Virus record (IMG/VR): IMGVR_UViG_3300044946_000078
Span: 11,625 to 75,624 of that record
DNA length: 64,000 bases
Reading direction: 5' to 3' (one strand)
Source: a virus
Positions within the stretch are counted from its first letter, which is position 1, and each line of letters starts with the position of its first letter. Both the position numbers and the translations under genes were made by a program. Of this stretch, positions 41,688 through 51,924 are shown one piece after another. The notes under the pieces were generated by a model. That model searched no databases and was not told where the DNA came from. It saw only the letters and a list, made by a program, of their open reading frames with translations.

Positions 41688-41707
41688 TATTTTTTGTTAT
41701 TCACCGG

Positions 41708-43786
41708 TTAAAAGTCTAATTGATCCTTTGCTCCTTGATAATTCTCATTAACGTAAAAATTGACAAATGGCTCATCCAATTCTATTTCAATGGGTACTGG
41801 CTCGATTAAGCATACCAGCAGCATAAGGAAGGAAACAGTCATATCAAAGGCAGTACGTTTAGCTGGATCAAACTTTTTGGCATCTGCAAGTAGCTCTTCA
41901 AAGTCGATAAGATGGCAGAAATGATTGAAAAAGGCTATTCCCACATCAAGTTGGCGCGTAAGGCTTACGGGAGTAGTTGGAAAGCCCCTATGCCGTTCCG
42001 CTTTTTGGCGCTTATTGGGATCAATTGTGCTTAATGGGTATACCCCAAGGTAGCCCTGTTTACCTCGTTCTCGGTAATAACTATCATAGTCGTCTGCATT
42101 GTGTTCATACCACACCTTATATCCAAAATATTCGGCAGCAAGCATTACTTGCTCATGAAGTTTCCCTTTTTCAGTAGGTCTCCCATAAAGAAGCGCGACT
42201 GGTTTTCCGGTATTTTGTGGGTCAAGGATGCTATATCGCCTCCCTATCCATGCCGATGCCTTAGACCCATATTTTTTACCCCCTTGGCTATTGCTGTACC
42301 CATCCACTGTAATGGCTCCGTCATGAATTCGGCCAGGAACACGAATACCATATTTATACTCAAACTTGTTTGACTCTTTGGGATCTAATAAATATGTGGT
42401 CTTCCAATGAAATTCTTCTTCACCTTTCCTAATATTGCGCCACCCAACTAGGCCGTCTTCACCCCTCTCAAAAATAACCTTCCTTTTATATATAGGCCCC
42501 TTTTTTAGCTCGGCCTCACGATCAACTATCTTTTCAAGATTGAAAACACAGTCATCGTTAGAATAATTAAAAGCCTCTTCTATTGTCAGCGGTTCCTTTC
42601 TCTTACGCGCTGATAGAGATTTCTGATTATGTTCTACGGTTGCTCTATCTGCTAATATTTCCCTTAGCGTCTTTTCTTCATCTGGGAAACCATATTTATC
42701 AAAATTACGCGCCCTCTTGGCCGACATGAAAAAACGGTATAGTCCACTTGCTGTTCTTCCATTTTCTCCACGGCTTGCCTGATCGCTATCGTCCCATAGT
42801 TTTTTAGCGCCTTCTTGAACTCCGTCCTTATCAGTATCTAACTTTTCAACTGTACTAGAATACAGGGCCTTTCCTATGACATTGTTTTCATCGTCTACAA
42901 GGCAATACCGTATAACTTCATGGCGATCATATATATCACATTCAATCGTTTTGGCCCATTCGTCCTCAAATACACGGTGCAACTTTTGCCCGTCATAGGC
43001 TAGTGGATCAGCGCTTTGATGATCTATCCTGGATTCAAGTTCATCTTTATCTAAAAGATCTTCAGCTTTTCTTCCCTTAACATTTGTTTGCTGAAAAAGT
43101 ATTTCTGTTTTTGGAGTAACGCCACCTGCTGTATCATACTCGGGCCTGAAAAATGGGGGCAATTTTTTAAACGGCGATATGATAGCCTTCGCAAATACTT
43201 TTTTAGCATCCAATCCTGTCTTAGATTGGATACCACCGTTTGCCATTTTTGTTCTAGTAACATAATCAGTAACGAAAAGCCCACCACGGAATGTTTTACC
43301 GAATCGGCGCTTTGTGATTTCGAGCATCCCAAGACACAATGGGTCTTCGATGCAATATTCAAGGAAGTAAAAGTATTCTTGATCAGGGACACGAAATTTA
43401 GGATAACCTATATCTATATGCCACCATTGAAGGTACATATAATGGGCTCCGGTAATATAGGTGGCAACTCCATTGTTCATGAACCAAAAGCCATTCAGCC
43501 TTCGATCCCATTCCTGAGCCTTAAATATTTCATAAAGAGCATCGTAAAAAGGCGGATCTTCATCCTTCTTTTTCTTATTATAAGCCTTTTCCTCCTTGAT
43601 TCTTTGATTATACCAAGAAGGGAGCCATAGACGCTCCCAATATTGTTCGCTCTCAATTTCAGAGCGTTTGTATATGTCAACTTGCTTTAGCTGTCCATTT
43701 CTGTCAACTACCCATCCGGGTTCTGCTATCCAGCAATCAAGGTCCTGAATATTATGTACGCTGCCCCGCTGTATTTCCGTAATCAT
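41708..43786 (-). CDS. terL: terminase large subunit
   Basis: Walker A TKRRFGKT, Walker B VFEDE, nuclease TVDGY and FDMTVS; upstream of portal. Confidence 0.85.
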   Translation of the reverse strand: MITEIQRGSVHNIQDLDCWIAEPGWVVDRNGQLKQVDIYKRSEIESEQYWERLWLPSWYNQRIKEEKAYNKKKKDEDPPFYDALYEIFKAQEWDRRLNGFWFMNNGVATYITGAHYMYLQWWHIDIGYPKFRVPDQEYFYFLEYCIEDPLCLGMLEITKRRFGKTFRGGLFVTDYVTRTKMANGGIQSKTGLDAKKVFAKAIISPFKKLPPFFRPEYDTAGGVTPKTEILFQQTNVKGRKAEDLLDKDELESRIDHQSADPLAYDGQKLHRVFEDEWAKTIECDIYDRHEVIRYCLVDDENNVIGKALYSSTVEKLDTDKDGVQEGAKKLWDDSDQASRGENGRTASGLYRFFMSAKRARNFDKYGFPDEEKTLREILADRATVEHNQKSLSARKRKEPLTIEEAFNYSNDDCVFNLEKIVDREAELKKGPIYKRKVIFERGEDGLVGWRNIRKGEEEFHWKTTYLLDPKESNKFEYKYGIRVPGRIHDGAITVDGYSNSQGGKKYGSKASAWIGRRYSILDPQNTGKPVALLYGRPTEKGKLHEQVMLAAEYFGYKVWYEHNADDYDSYYRERGKQGYLGVYPLSTIDPNKRQKAERHRGFPTTPVSLTRQLDVGIAFFNHFCHLIDFEELLADAKKFDPAKRTAFDMTVSFLMLLVCLIEPVPIEIELDEPFVNFYVNENYQGAKDQLDF

Positions 43787-44162
43787 TGGCCATTGTTTCA
43801 GGGGTTATTGCGCGCCTTACGCCTTTCGTGTCTCGCTCCTCGTCACCTGTTATTCCAGCAACGGCACCCAAGGATTGAACCGAGGCGGCTACATCAGTGC
43901 TATTTTTTATTATAACCATGATCCTTTCAAATCCCTTCGACTTTCCGTCGTCAATGTCTATATCTGTTAGTTTTTGAGAATTTAAAAGATCGGCCATTTC
44001 TATGCTTTTCCTAGAAAGCGCATAGTATAATTTTGCTGGGCCGCCTTGTTCATAGAACGCAACCAGCCCAGTTAGTTTTTTATTTTCAGCCGTCAACGAC
44101 TTTACTTGTCGCTCCAACTCTTCAATTTTTTCTATTTCTGAGTCCATTATTAATTTTTTCAT
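43752..44162 (-). CDS. putative terminase small subunit
   Basis: 136-aa helical protein overlapping the TerL start. Confidence 0.4.
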   Translation of the reverse strand: MKKLIMDSEIEKIEELERQVKSLTAENKKLTGLVAFYEQGGPAKLYYALSRKSIEMADLLNSQKLTDIDIDDGKSKGFERIMVIIKNSTDVAASVQSLGAVAGITGDEERDTKGVRRAITPETMANDYGNTAGQRT

Positions 44163-44914
44163 CCAATAACATAATCAATTAATGGTTTAGCCTCCCATGA
44201 TTCATGCCCAACTAATAATTCTCCTGAATTTACTTTTTCTGTATATTCATGATGAACAGCAATTATTTCATCGAGCCATCTTGAGTATGGCTTATCATCT
44301 TCCTCCCCGTTTTCAAAGTGTTTGATTCTGATAATTCGCCTTTCTCTACCATCGCTTCCTTGGTATATAACTTCGTAGTCAGAAGCCTTTTTTGTCATAA
44401 CTACTTGGCCCGAATATTCGCCACAAGTTACATATACAAAATTGGTAATTTTCTTTGGTTCTATGTTTTTTAACGGGCCTACATATGGCTTGAATATACG
44501 TAGACAGGTAACCCAACCAAGGATAGGTTTATAATTTTCAACCTCTGGATCTGTCCATAAATAACAATCTTCCTCGCGTAGAGAAAAGTACCTGAAATTA
44601 GAGGCTATATCTTTACCAGAAAGAGGATTATAGTTGAATATTTCATTTTGTGGATGTGTACCATTGTGTTCAAATAAAATAATGGAACCAGGAGAAACAA
44701 TAGTTGAGTCTATTACTTCGCCTTGCACAGGCCACGTGTATCGCTTGTCCAAATTTTCCACGTCTCTTTCCAATATGATCTTAGTTCCATCACCGAAAGT
44801 ATGGAAATTTTTACCCTCTCTATCAACACGGACGACAACTCTACCTGAAACACACTTTAAATCGCTATTCATATAACTAAATTTATACACTTTTAGGGAC
44901 GCGTCAAAATCCAA
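44159..44914 (-). CDS. hypothetical protein, possibly with a GroES-like barrel
   Basis: GRVVVRV...GEVI....SPGSIILF pattern loosely resembles GroES. Confidence 0.35.
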   Translation of the reverse strand: MDFDASLKVYKFSYMNSDLKCVSGRVVVRVDREGKNFHTFGDGTKIILERDVENLDKRYTWPVQGEVIDSTIVSPGSIILFEHNGTHPQNEIFNYNPLSGKDIASNFRYFSLREEDCYLWTDPEVENYKPILGWVTCLRIFKPYVGPLKNIEPKKITNFVYVTCGEYSGQVVMTKKASDYEVIYQGSDGRERRIIRIKHFENGEEDDKPYSRWLDEIIAVHHEYTEKVNSGELLVGHESWEAKPLIDYVIG

Positions 44915-45651
44915 TCTTTCATGATCTTGGGATGATCTTCTGGTATTGGCTTTAGGTCATTAGGTCCAAACCATCGTTGTGGGATGAATATATCAGAGCC
45001 ATCCAACTTCTTATCATGATCAACCAGAAACACCTTTTCCTGCATGTGAATGACCTTATCTTTCATTATTCGCCTGTCTCGTATGAATCCATAATGCCAG
45101 ATATTTATTTTGTCTATGTACTCTACATTTGCGGCAGGAACGGCGAGGCTTTCACCATCTCCATAGGATATATATTCGCTTTTTGCTAGTCGAACAATGA
45201 TCCTAGAGCATGGATTTCGCTCTCCTTCAACATCAATATACAGGTATGGAGATTCCCAAAGATTCAATCGGGTGCAAAAGAAGGCTTCATTATCAGTCTC
45301 AATAGCTTTGCGCACCCATTTTATTGAATTATCATGTAAAATTTCATCCCCCTGAACAAGTAGATTCCAATCTGTATCTAATGCTTCAATAGCTATATTT
45401 TGAAAGTACGCAAGTTTTTGCCATCCTGATTGGGCTTCCCAATCCGAATAGGGAAGATAGATTACCTTTAAATTATGATGAATTGATTCCAGCCACTTTA
45501 ATACGCTTGTAGTTGTATCAGTAGACCCAGCATCTACTACCGAGACTTTATCGCAGAATTGACATAAAGATTCTATCGTTTCTTTATAGCAATAATCAAA
45601 CGTCTCTCCATTATGGACAAATAATGTCCCTCCAAGTGATTTCGCCATCAA
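44893..45651 (-). CDS. glycosyltransferase family 2 (GT-A fold)
   Basis: VVDAGSTDTT, DWNLLVQGDE, IWHYG motifs. Confidence 0.8.
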   Translation of the reverse strand: MMAKSLGGTLFVHNGETFDYCYKETIESLCQFCDKVSVVDAGSTDTTTSVLKWLESIHHNLKVIYLPYSDWEAQSGWQKLAYFQNIAIEALDTDWNLLVQGDEILHDNSIKWVRKAIETDNEAFFCTRLNLWESPYLYIDVEGERNPCSRIIVRLAKSEYISYGDGESLAVPAANVEYIDKINIWHYGFIRDRRIMKDKVIHMQEKVFLVDHDKKLDGSDIFIPQRWFGPNDLKPIPEDHPKIMKDWILTRP

Positions 45652-46277
45652 TTACGTTTTAAAAGTAAAACACGGAATCCATTCCACCATTCATTTGAAT
45701 CACTTTCCTTGCCATTCCACAGCAGGTTATCGTATAGCACTTCTAGTCCGGCGTCTTTAATACCGTCGTCTGTTCCTATTTTAACTGAATCCCAAGAGGC
45801 ATCATCTACTAGCATTACAAATTCCTCATACATCATGGGGGCAAAATGAGTTACGGCTTTTTTCTGACTTTCATAATCATGTCCTCCGTCATATAGGTAA
45901 AGATCAACCGTAGGAATATCGTGGATCTTCTGTATATCCCAACAATTCTTTTCCCATAATTGATGCCGGCCCAAATATCGTTCACAGTTTTCAATGAATT
46001 GATCTTTTGTACGGCCGTTGTTATTGAATTCACAAAAAGAATCACAAGCGAACGCCCCTCCGACTAATCCAAGTTCATTTTTATAGCAGGTGCTTATATA
46101 TGTAGATCCTATGTGAGACCCTACTTCAAAATAGGCCGTCGCTAAGAAGCCAAGATTATTGAGTAAATGACGGATTTTAATGCTCGTAAACCCACCAACT
46201 GATAATGGTCCATCATCTAATTGAGATATATGGTTATTAGCGTTTTCTATTGCTTGTTCTATTAATTGAATTTCCAT
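45648..46277 (-). CDS. class I SAM-dependent methyltransferase (Methyltransf_24-like)
   Basis: FEVGSHIGST, DLYLYDGGHDYE, LVDD motifs. Confidence 0.8.
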   Translation of the reverse strand: MEIQLIEQAIENANNHISQLDDGPLSVGGFTSIKIRHLLNNLGFLATAYFEVGSHIGSTYISTCYKNELGLVGGAFACDSFCEFNNNGRTKDQFIENCERYLGRHQLWEKNCWDIQKIHDIPTVDLYLYDGGHDYESQKKAVTHFAPMMYEEFVMLVDDASWDSVKIGTDDGIKDAGLEVLYDNLLWNGKESDSNEWWNGFRVLLLKRN

Positions 46278-46870
46278 ATTTCGGTTTTTATTTTTTCAAA
46301 AATATCTTCTATTTCATGCTTATGTTCTTTCCCACTAAATCGCTTGTCCTTCCAAGCAAAGAAGGCCCCTATATTTAATTTTTCGTGAAAATTTGGGAAT
46401 ACAATAGTTGAATATCCTTTTTTATGAAAGTCTTCTGGTAGCCATCCTGAATGATGATGATCTGGATTAGCATCATCTTCTAACAGGTATTCGCCTAAAG
46501 GAGTAAAGAATATTTGCGTTACAGACAAATCCTCCATTTCTTTCATTAATCGGAATCCATTCTCTTTTGTTAGATGTTCTATGCCGTCTAAGCACACCAT
46601 TACATCGGCTCCCCATCTACCAAAATTAATGGCTGATAAAAAATCAAACACATCTGATTTTATGAATAGATCATTTTTTCCAATGTTTACTATTGGCCGC
46701 TCTTGAATATCAACATATATTTTACTCCTAAAATCCAATCTGCTTGTTTGACTCCCTTCACAACACATTAAATCAATAAAAGTATCCGTTGGTTCGCTCC
46801 AAGAAAGCAACATCTTCATGACGCATAAATGTATTTCTGAATTCCCAGGACTACCTATAATTATTTGCAT
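46262..46870 (-). CDS. class I SAM-dependent methyltransferase-like protein
   Basis: FIDLMCCEG, YVDI, DVMVCLDGIEHL, HHSGW motifs. Confidence 0.65.
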   Translation of the reverse strand: MQIIIGSPGNSEIHLCVMKMLLSWSEPTDTFIDLMCCEGSQTSRLDFRSKIYVDIQERPIVNIGKNDLFIKSDVFDFLSAINFGRWGADVMVCLDGIEHLTKENGFRLMKEMEDLSVTQIFFTPLGEYLLEDDANPDHHHSGWLPEDFHKKGYSTIVFPNFHEKLNIGAFFAWKDKRFSGKEHKHEIEDIFEKIKTEIWKFN

Positions 46871-47311
46871 TTAGAAAAAGTTACATTAACATTAAGATGA
46901 GGAACATATAATACTTTCCCTGTGTCTACAGCCGACAATATTCGTTCATTAAATAGTAATACTGCTTTTTCATGGATCATCATAGATACGTCACTTTCTG
47001 AAGTAAGCCAATCAAAATAATCATTAGCCCGTTCAATGACATTTTGGTCGCTTATTTTTACAGCACATTCAAGTGCGATACCTCTAAGATTTTTTAATTC
47101 GTTTGTCATTTTCTGGCATTTATAAAAGCGGTTACTAATTCTTTTCTAGCGGGAGGCATATTTTCAAATTCTGGACTATTGTACATGCATTCCATCATGT
47201 CAACAAATGGCTTAGGGGCATGTTTGGCATTTTTTAGAAATTGCTTTTTTTGTTTCTTCCAATGAGATAGGAATATATTAGCCTGTTCAGCCGTTAAGGT
47301 ATACTCTTTTT

Positions 47312-48763
47312 TCATGGCAGTTTTGTTTGAGGCGAAGAGACCATTTTATAAAGAACCTTTATCACATCCCCGGTTGTAAATTGAACACAAGGAGGATTTT
47401 TTTTATCTATATAACAATCTAATCCTTCGGTCCCTCCTGCTATTCTGTGCCAACATTTTGGAGTATCACACTTATCTTGTAGTTCTATTGGGTAAACATT
47501 CTCCAATGTTGGATATACTTTACGCGGATCTACTGAACCAAAGAAAATTGCGCAAGGAACACCAAAGGCGTTTGCTATGTGTGCTGGCCCACTATCTATC
47601 CCAATGAAGTAATCAGCCCCACCTACAACCCATTTCATTAGTGCCTCATTTGGGGTTTTCATTGAAATTGCTCCCTCAATGGATTTATGCTCATTTAACC
47701 CTATCTGAATGACCGTGTATCCTGATACACTTATCCAATGGACTATTTTCTGCCAATCAATATTCCCCTGAATATTTCGCCCCTCTTGAGGTCTATCTGC
47801 TAGATGAAGGACTATATATCGATCAAACATCTTTTGAGCGCCAGCAGGGTCAAAGGTAAGGCTTAATTTAGGGGCTTTCAATTCCATTTCATCTTCGGGG
47901 ACTTCGCAGTATTGAAAATAAGATTTTAGGTAGTTTTGATGCGGACTCGTTTCATAGGAAAGATCAAGATTATATATTTTTGCAGTCTCTAAAACGCGCC
48001 CATCCATTTCTTCTAATCGATGTACTTTAAAATAATGTGGGACGAATAAGTTATAGAATTGTGGGAGGGTATCTAAGACAACCTGATAACCATTTTTATG
48101 AAAGTAGTTTAAGACTGGCTCTGTCAGAATAACATCCCCCATCGCTGCTGTTCTTTTGATAATTACGACTGGCTTGTATCGTTCATGGAAATATCCGTGA
48201 TGTCCAAATGTCGGCTTTGTGGGGGCCCGCAATTCAAAAGAAAATCCCTCGGCAAGTTCAACCGAAGCCCATTTTAAACCATATTCTTCTTGTAAATAGG
48301 GCCTGTAGACTGTACAAATGGCCCGATCTTCCGGATGCGTGATCTTTATATTGTCATCAGTTCCTATTGCTTTACACAATTTATGGGATCGCCAAGATAG
48401 TCCGCCATTCCCCACCTCCATTCCGTCGGATTCTAGCCAAGGAGCCCCGCAATAGTCCACATCAAAAAGCCGATCATCGAACGCATCCCCATCAATAATA
48501 AGCCCATCATGTTGAACCGTAATGCAAAAGTCTGTATCAAAGTATTTCCATAATTCTTTGACCATGAACCTACTATATTCTTGGATACTCTTTATGGAAG
48601 GGATTTGAACTACTTCAACATCTGGATGCGAAATGGCTATATCTGTAAGTAAAATGGCCCTTTGTGGTTTTATATGTTTTAATCCCAATAACAATGCCCC
48701 TAACCCTCTCCCAGGCGAATAACAGTCAACAGCGATAAGCGTTACATTTTTTAACTCCCGCAT
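47312..48763 (-). CDS. fused DUF5672-like GT-A domain + GT9 (heptosyltransferase-like) glycosyltransferase
   Basis: N-half VQHDG, DYCGAPW, GNGGLSWRS, PED, FGHHG; C-half AMGDVIL..P, FIGIDSGPAHIANAFG.P...FFG. Confidence 0.8.
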   Translation of the reverse strand: MRELKNVTLIAVDCYSPGRGLGALLLGLKHIKPQRAILLTDIAISHPDVEVVQIPSIKSIQEYSRFMVKELWKYFDTDFCITVQHDGLIIDGDAFDDRLFDVDYCGAPWLESDGMEVGNGGLSWRSHKLCKAIGTDDNIKITHPEDRAICTVYRPYLQEEYGLKWASVELAEGFSFELRAPTKPTFGHHGYFHERYKPVVIIKRTAAMGDVILTEPVLNYFHKNGYQVVLDTLPQFYNLFVPHYFKVHRLEEMDGRVLETAKIYNLDLSYETSPHQNYLKSYFQYCEVPEDEMELKAPKLSLTFDPAGAQKMFDRYIVLHLADRPQEGRNIQGNIDWQKIVHWISVSGYTVIQIGLNEHKSIEGAISMKTPNEALMKWVVGGADYFIGIDSGPAHIANAFGVPCAIFFGSVDPRKVYPTLENVYPIELQDKCDTPKCWHRIAGGTEGLDCYIDKKNPPCVQFTTGDVIKVLYKMVSSPQTKLP

Positions 48764-48832
48764 TCAGAATTATTTTGTTATTTTGATGTTAATGGCGTTA
48801 GCCTATTTTATTAACACAATAAATTTTTTATT

Positions 48833-49117
48833 ATGGCATCCGGTTTTCACTTTTTCGCGTACGGAACAGTCCAAACGTATGATTCTTATAATGGGGGTTA
48901 CCAAATGACCCTGTATAGGAATGCCCCCGTCTACAAAGTAGAGCCAACGGGATCGGTTGTCGGAGTTACCGATGTTAGCCCAGCAGAGCCACTTGGCAAC
49001 TGGATGATTAATTCGATCGTTGAGATTCAACCGACAGGTCTCAATGTCAAGTCACAAAAATTTGCATGTGATGCGCTTGCTTCTGCACTATTGGCAGAAA
49101 TCAATGGTGGCGGCTAG
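48833..49117 (+). CDS. isolated counter-oriented 94-aa protein
   Basis: clean ATG ORF with AT-rich leader and downstream terminator inside a - strand block. Confidence 0.6.
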   Translation: MASGFHFFAYGTVQTYDSYNGGYQMTLYRNAPVYKVEPTGSVVGVTDVSPAEPLGNWMINSIVEIQPTGLNVKSQKFACDALASALLAEINGGG

Positions 49118-49135
49118 TATTTAAATGGTTAGTTA

Positions 49136-49171
49136 AAAAGCGCCTTGTATCTACGGGGCGCTTTTCTTTTT
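49136..49171. terminator. bidirectional intrinsic terminator
   Basis: AAAAGCGCCTTGT-ATCT-ACGGGGCGCTTTT flanked by A- and T-runs, between convergent genes. Confidence 0.8.
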
Positions 49172-49274
49172 ACTTTTTGGGCTTTCCCCCTGGCTTAGGC
49201 TTAGGAAAACTTGGTGCCGGTGGCATACCTTTGGGTTTGGTCATCGGCGGCTGTTTAGATCCACATTCTTTCAT
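49170..49274 (-). CDS. 34-aa Lys/Pro-rich basic peptide
   Basis: MKECGSKQPPMTKPKGMPPAPSFPKPKPGGKPKK; ends at the terminator; not in the ORF track. Confidence 0.5.
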   Translation of the reverse strand: MKECGSKQPPMTKPKGMPPAPSFPKPKPGGKPKK

Positions 49275-49307
49275 GATTACATAGTTTTATGCTAGTAAAT
49301 ATAGCTA

Positions 49308-49550
49308 TTATTCAGCAGATTCAAAAGCTACCGCTATCCAAGATTTAGTTATACCATCAGCTTGGTAAAGGTAGGTTATTGTTGTTTTGTATTCCTCTCC
49401 GGTAGGATGTTCGTCTTCTCCGGCTACTTCCTGGAAGATCAAAGGATCTCCTATTTTAAGGGGCTTATTGGCCTTAATTAGCTTAAAGGGGACTTTACCT
49501 TCTTTGATGGAATTAAATTCGCTTTTAGATACTTCGATTAAATGAGTCAT
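49308..49550 (-). CDS. DUF3850/ASCH (PUA-like) domain protein
   Basis: FNSIKEGK..F, KIGD.LIFQE, TGE.....ITYL motifs. Confidence 0.65.
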   Translation of the reverse strand: MTHLIEVSKSEFNSIKEGKVPFKLIKANKPLKIGDPLIFQEVAGEDEHPTGEEYKTTITYLYQADGITKSWIAVAFESAE

Positions 49551-50224
49551 TGTATTTTATTGTTTTTAATTGATGGATATTCGTCTATTTGCTTTACATA
49601 GAAATTATAGCAACTGTAAGGGAACCTAAATCCTCTTGGCCTTACTATTCTATTATCATATTCAAATTTGTCGAACTCTTGCACTCCTTCAAAATCCAAA
49701 GTTTTTACATGGGCTAAAAGTTCATCGTAATCTTCTTTTATCAAATGCAATTGAGACATAAAAGAGGATGGGCAACCATAATAATCCATAAGTTTAGAGT
49801 AGTCAAAAAGAATCGTATATACATTGGCTTCGCTATCTGGCCTAAATGATTCTCCTAAGAAATAACAAAGTCGATCTATGTTATATTCATATCCTTCTTT
49901 AGTCATTGGATTAGGGTATTAAATGGTTATTATTAAGAAACGCACTACAATCTTCTATAGCATGTAAAAGACTTTCTTCGTCAGATATGTTTTCGGCCAA
50001 GTAAAGAAAACTACAGCTATACGACTCATTTTCTTTTATAAACGGATTATCCCAGCAGTTGAAGTTATCGTGACGATTCCTATGTGGTGAATCTAATTCT
50101 ACTGAATCAATATCATATACAAGCCTAATTTCATAGGAATGATTCTTGAATAGCAGTAACCTAAAACTTATCCCTTCAAAATCTATATATTCAGGAAGAG
50201 ACAAAAGTTCCTTTACCAAGTCCG

Positions 50225-50545
50225 TCATGGCTTCTTTGTTTTAACGGTATCCGCAATAATCTGTGGCCTTAGCTTAGCAATTAACCTTTGTTGCCATACT
50301 TGTAGACTGTCTTCTGTAGCTTTTACCTGAAGGTGAGGCGCATTACTTTGTTCGACTAGTTGCTGGGCGGCTGCTAATATTCCAATTAGGTTTTGCCAAT
50401 CCTGAACAGTTCCTTTGAAGGAGTATGTATGTTGAGGTAATACCGGATCAGCGGTCTTTTGGGCAATAGTCACATTAAAACTCAAGATACTTACGACTAG
50501 TAGGCCGCATAATACTTTCATACTTTTTCTTTTTTGCTCTTTCAT
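50225..50545 (-). CDS. secreted/periplasmic hypothetical protein
   Basis: signal-peptide-like N-terminus MKVLCGLLVVSILSFNVTIA-Q. Confidence 0.5.
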   Translation of the reverse strand: MKEQKRKSMKVLCGLLVVSILSFNVTIAQKTADPVLPQHTYSFKGTVQDWQNLIGILAAAQQLVEQSNAPHLQVKATEDSLQVWQQRLIAKLRPQIIADTVKTKKP

Positions 50546-51050
50546 ATTTTAAACGTTTTTCTAGTTTAATTCTTTTTTGTTCTTCTCGATGTTTCATGAA
50601 TGCAAAAGCCTTGGCATAATCTTCTTGAGTCATTCTTTTGGCTTTTACATTTAGCATACTTTCCCATACTTGATATATCCTATAAGGGAAGACCATCTTT
50701 TCAGCAAACTCCTTTAGATCGTTGTAGTTTTTACTTTTGAATACCTGTCCCTCTATGTGTAGTTCAAATCTCACAGGCTAAGGAGATATTCCATTAAGTA
50801 AAGAACATGGGCCATTTGTATCATGCCTTCGTTATTTAATCTATCTTTTGAAAAATCCTTTGCTGTAAGCCATAATTCCTTTTTTTGATCAATGGGCAGA
50901 TCCTCGATGGCAGTAAACCGGTTGGCCCTTACAAATGATCCGTATATGTTATTCATTAATACCCGAACAGAATCACAACCTACGAGCCCATTTAAGTAGC
51001 CTATTTGATCTTTTTGGAAAGTCTCCAACTGCTTAATGGCCAATTTATAT

Positions 51051-51674
51051 TCAATCGACTGAGGGATCATCTTCTGCACCACGGAAATCTTTATAAAGTT
51101 CCATAAAAGTTTGAGCATCTACATCATGCGTCATGCGCGGACCGTCACCCCTACCCATAATTTTATTTTGGGCATGTTGTTCATATCGAATGTTTTGAAG
51201 TGATTCCCATCGCTCTTGCCTATAGGTTTCAAAGAGTTTAAAGAACGTTGACATATCCATCTTATAGCCTATCTCTCCTATTTTCCCCCGTACCAAATCC
51301 CTTAAAAAAAGTAAAATGTCCTCTAAGGCTAATCGGTCTTCATGGGAGGTGTCTATAATCGCTTCTGCAAGTTCAAAGGTCTGATCATCGTCCATTCCGT
51401 ACTTTACATTCATATTGTTGAATGCGCTTACTAAAGAGGCTGATATGGCTGCTGAAACCCGCATACGCCCGTCTTTTTGTAAAAGCAATTCAGGGATACG
51501 ATCAAATGGGGCTATTGCAAGCGTTTTGGAATGATCAATAGCTCCGAACTGGTTTCTAAACTCAGACAGCCTTGAGGAAATCGCCTTGTTGTCCTTCGCC
51601 TCCATAATGCTTAGCATGGGCGCTTTGCGTTCCGGTAACTGTTGGTCCGGTTGTCCTGTGTTGTTGTTGTCCAT
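51051..51674 (-). CDS. hypothetical protein, possible helicase-loader-type replication protein
   Basis: helical 207-aa ORF overlapping the replication-protein candidate; L.LEDI.LF....RGK.GE pattern. Confidence 0.35.
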   Translation of the reverse strand: MDNNNTGQPDQQLPERKAPMLSIMEAKDNKAISSRLSEFRNQFGAIDHSKTLAIAPFDRIPELLLQKDGRMRVSAAISASLVSAFNNMNVKYGMDDDQTFELAEAIIDTSHEDRLALEDILLFLRDLVRGKIGEIGYKMDMSTFFKLFETYRQERWESLQNIRYEQHAQNKIMGRGDGPRMTHDVDAQTFMELYKDFRGAEDDPSVD

Positions 51675-51924
51675 ATCCTATTCCATTGTCTGTTTTAAGC
51701 TCAAACAAGCCTTTCCAGCCGTTTGCAATACTTTGATCTATTATTTTCATGGCAACTTCCTCGCGCCCTTGGCTAATGTCTACCAAGGCCTTTAATGCTC
51801 CCTGTTCGCCTATTGTCTTATATTTAAAACCAAACTGCTCTACCTTGAAATCTTTCCACAGTTCCCATTTGTCTTTGAATGCTTCCCCAAAGGGTAAGAC
51901 AACTATTCTTTCTTTCCGTTCCAT
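51562..51924 (-). CDS. putative replication-initiator C-terminal-domain-like protein
   Basis: F...WELWKDFK...YKT.GEQ.AL..L...S.G....A..II.QSIANGWKGLF pattern; start taken at MERKE. Confidence 0.45.
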   Translation of the reverse strand: MERKERIVVLPFGEAFKDKWELWKDFKVEQFGFKYKTIGEQGALKALVDISQGREEVAMKIIDQSIANGWKGLFELKTDNGIGYGQQQHRTTGPTVTGTQSAHAKHYGGEGQQGDFLKAV

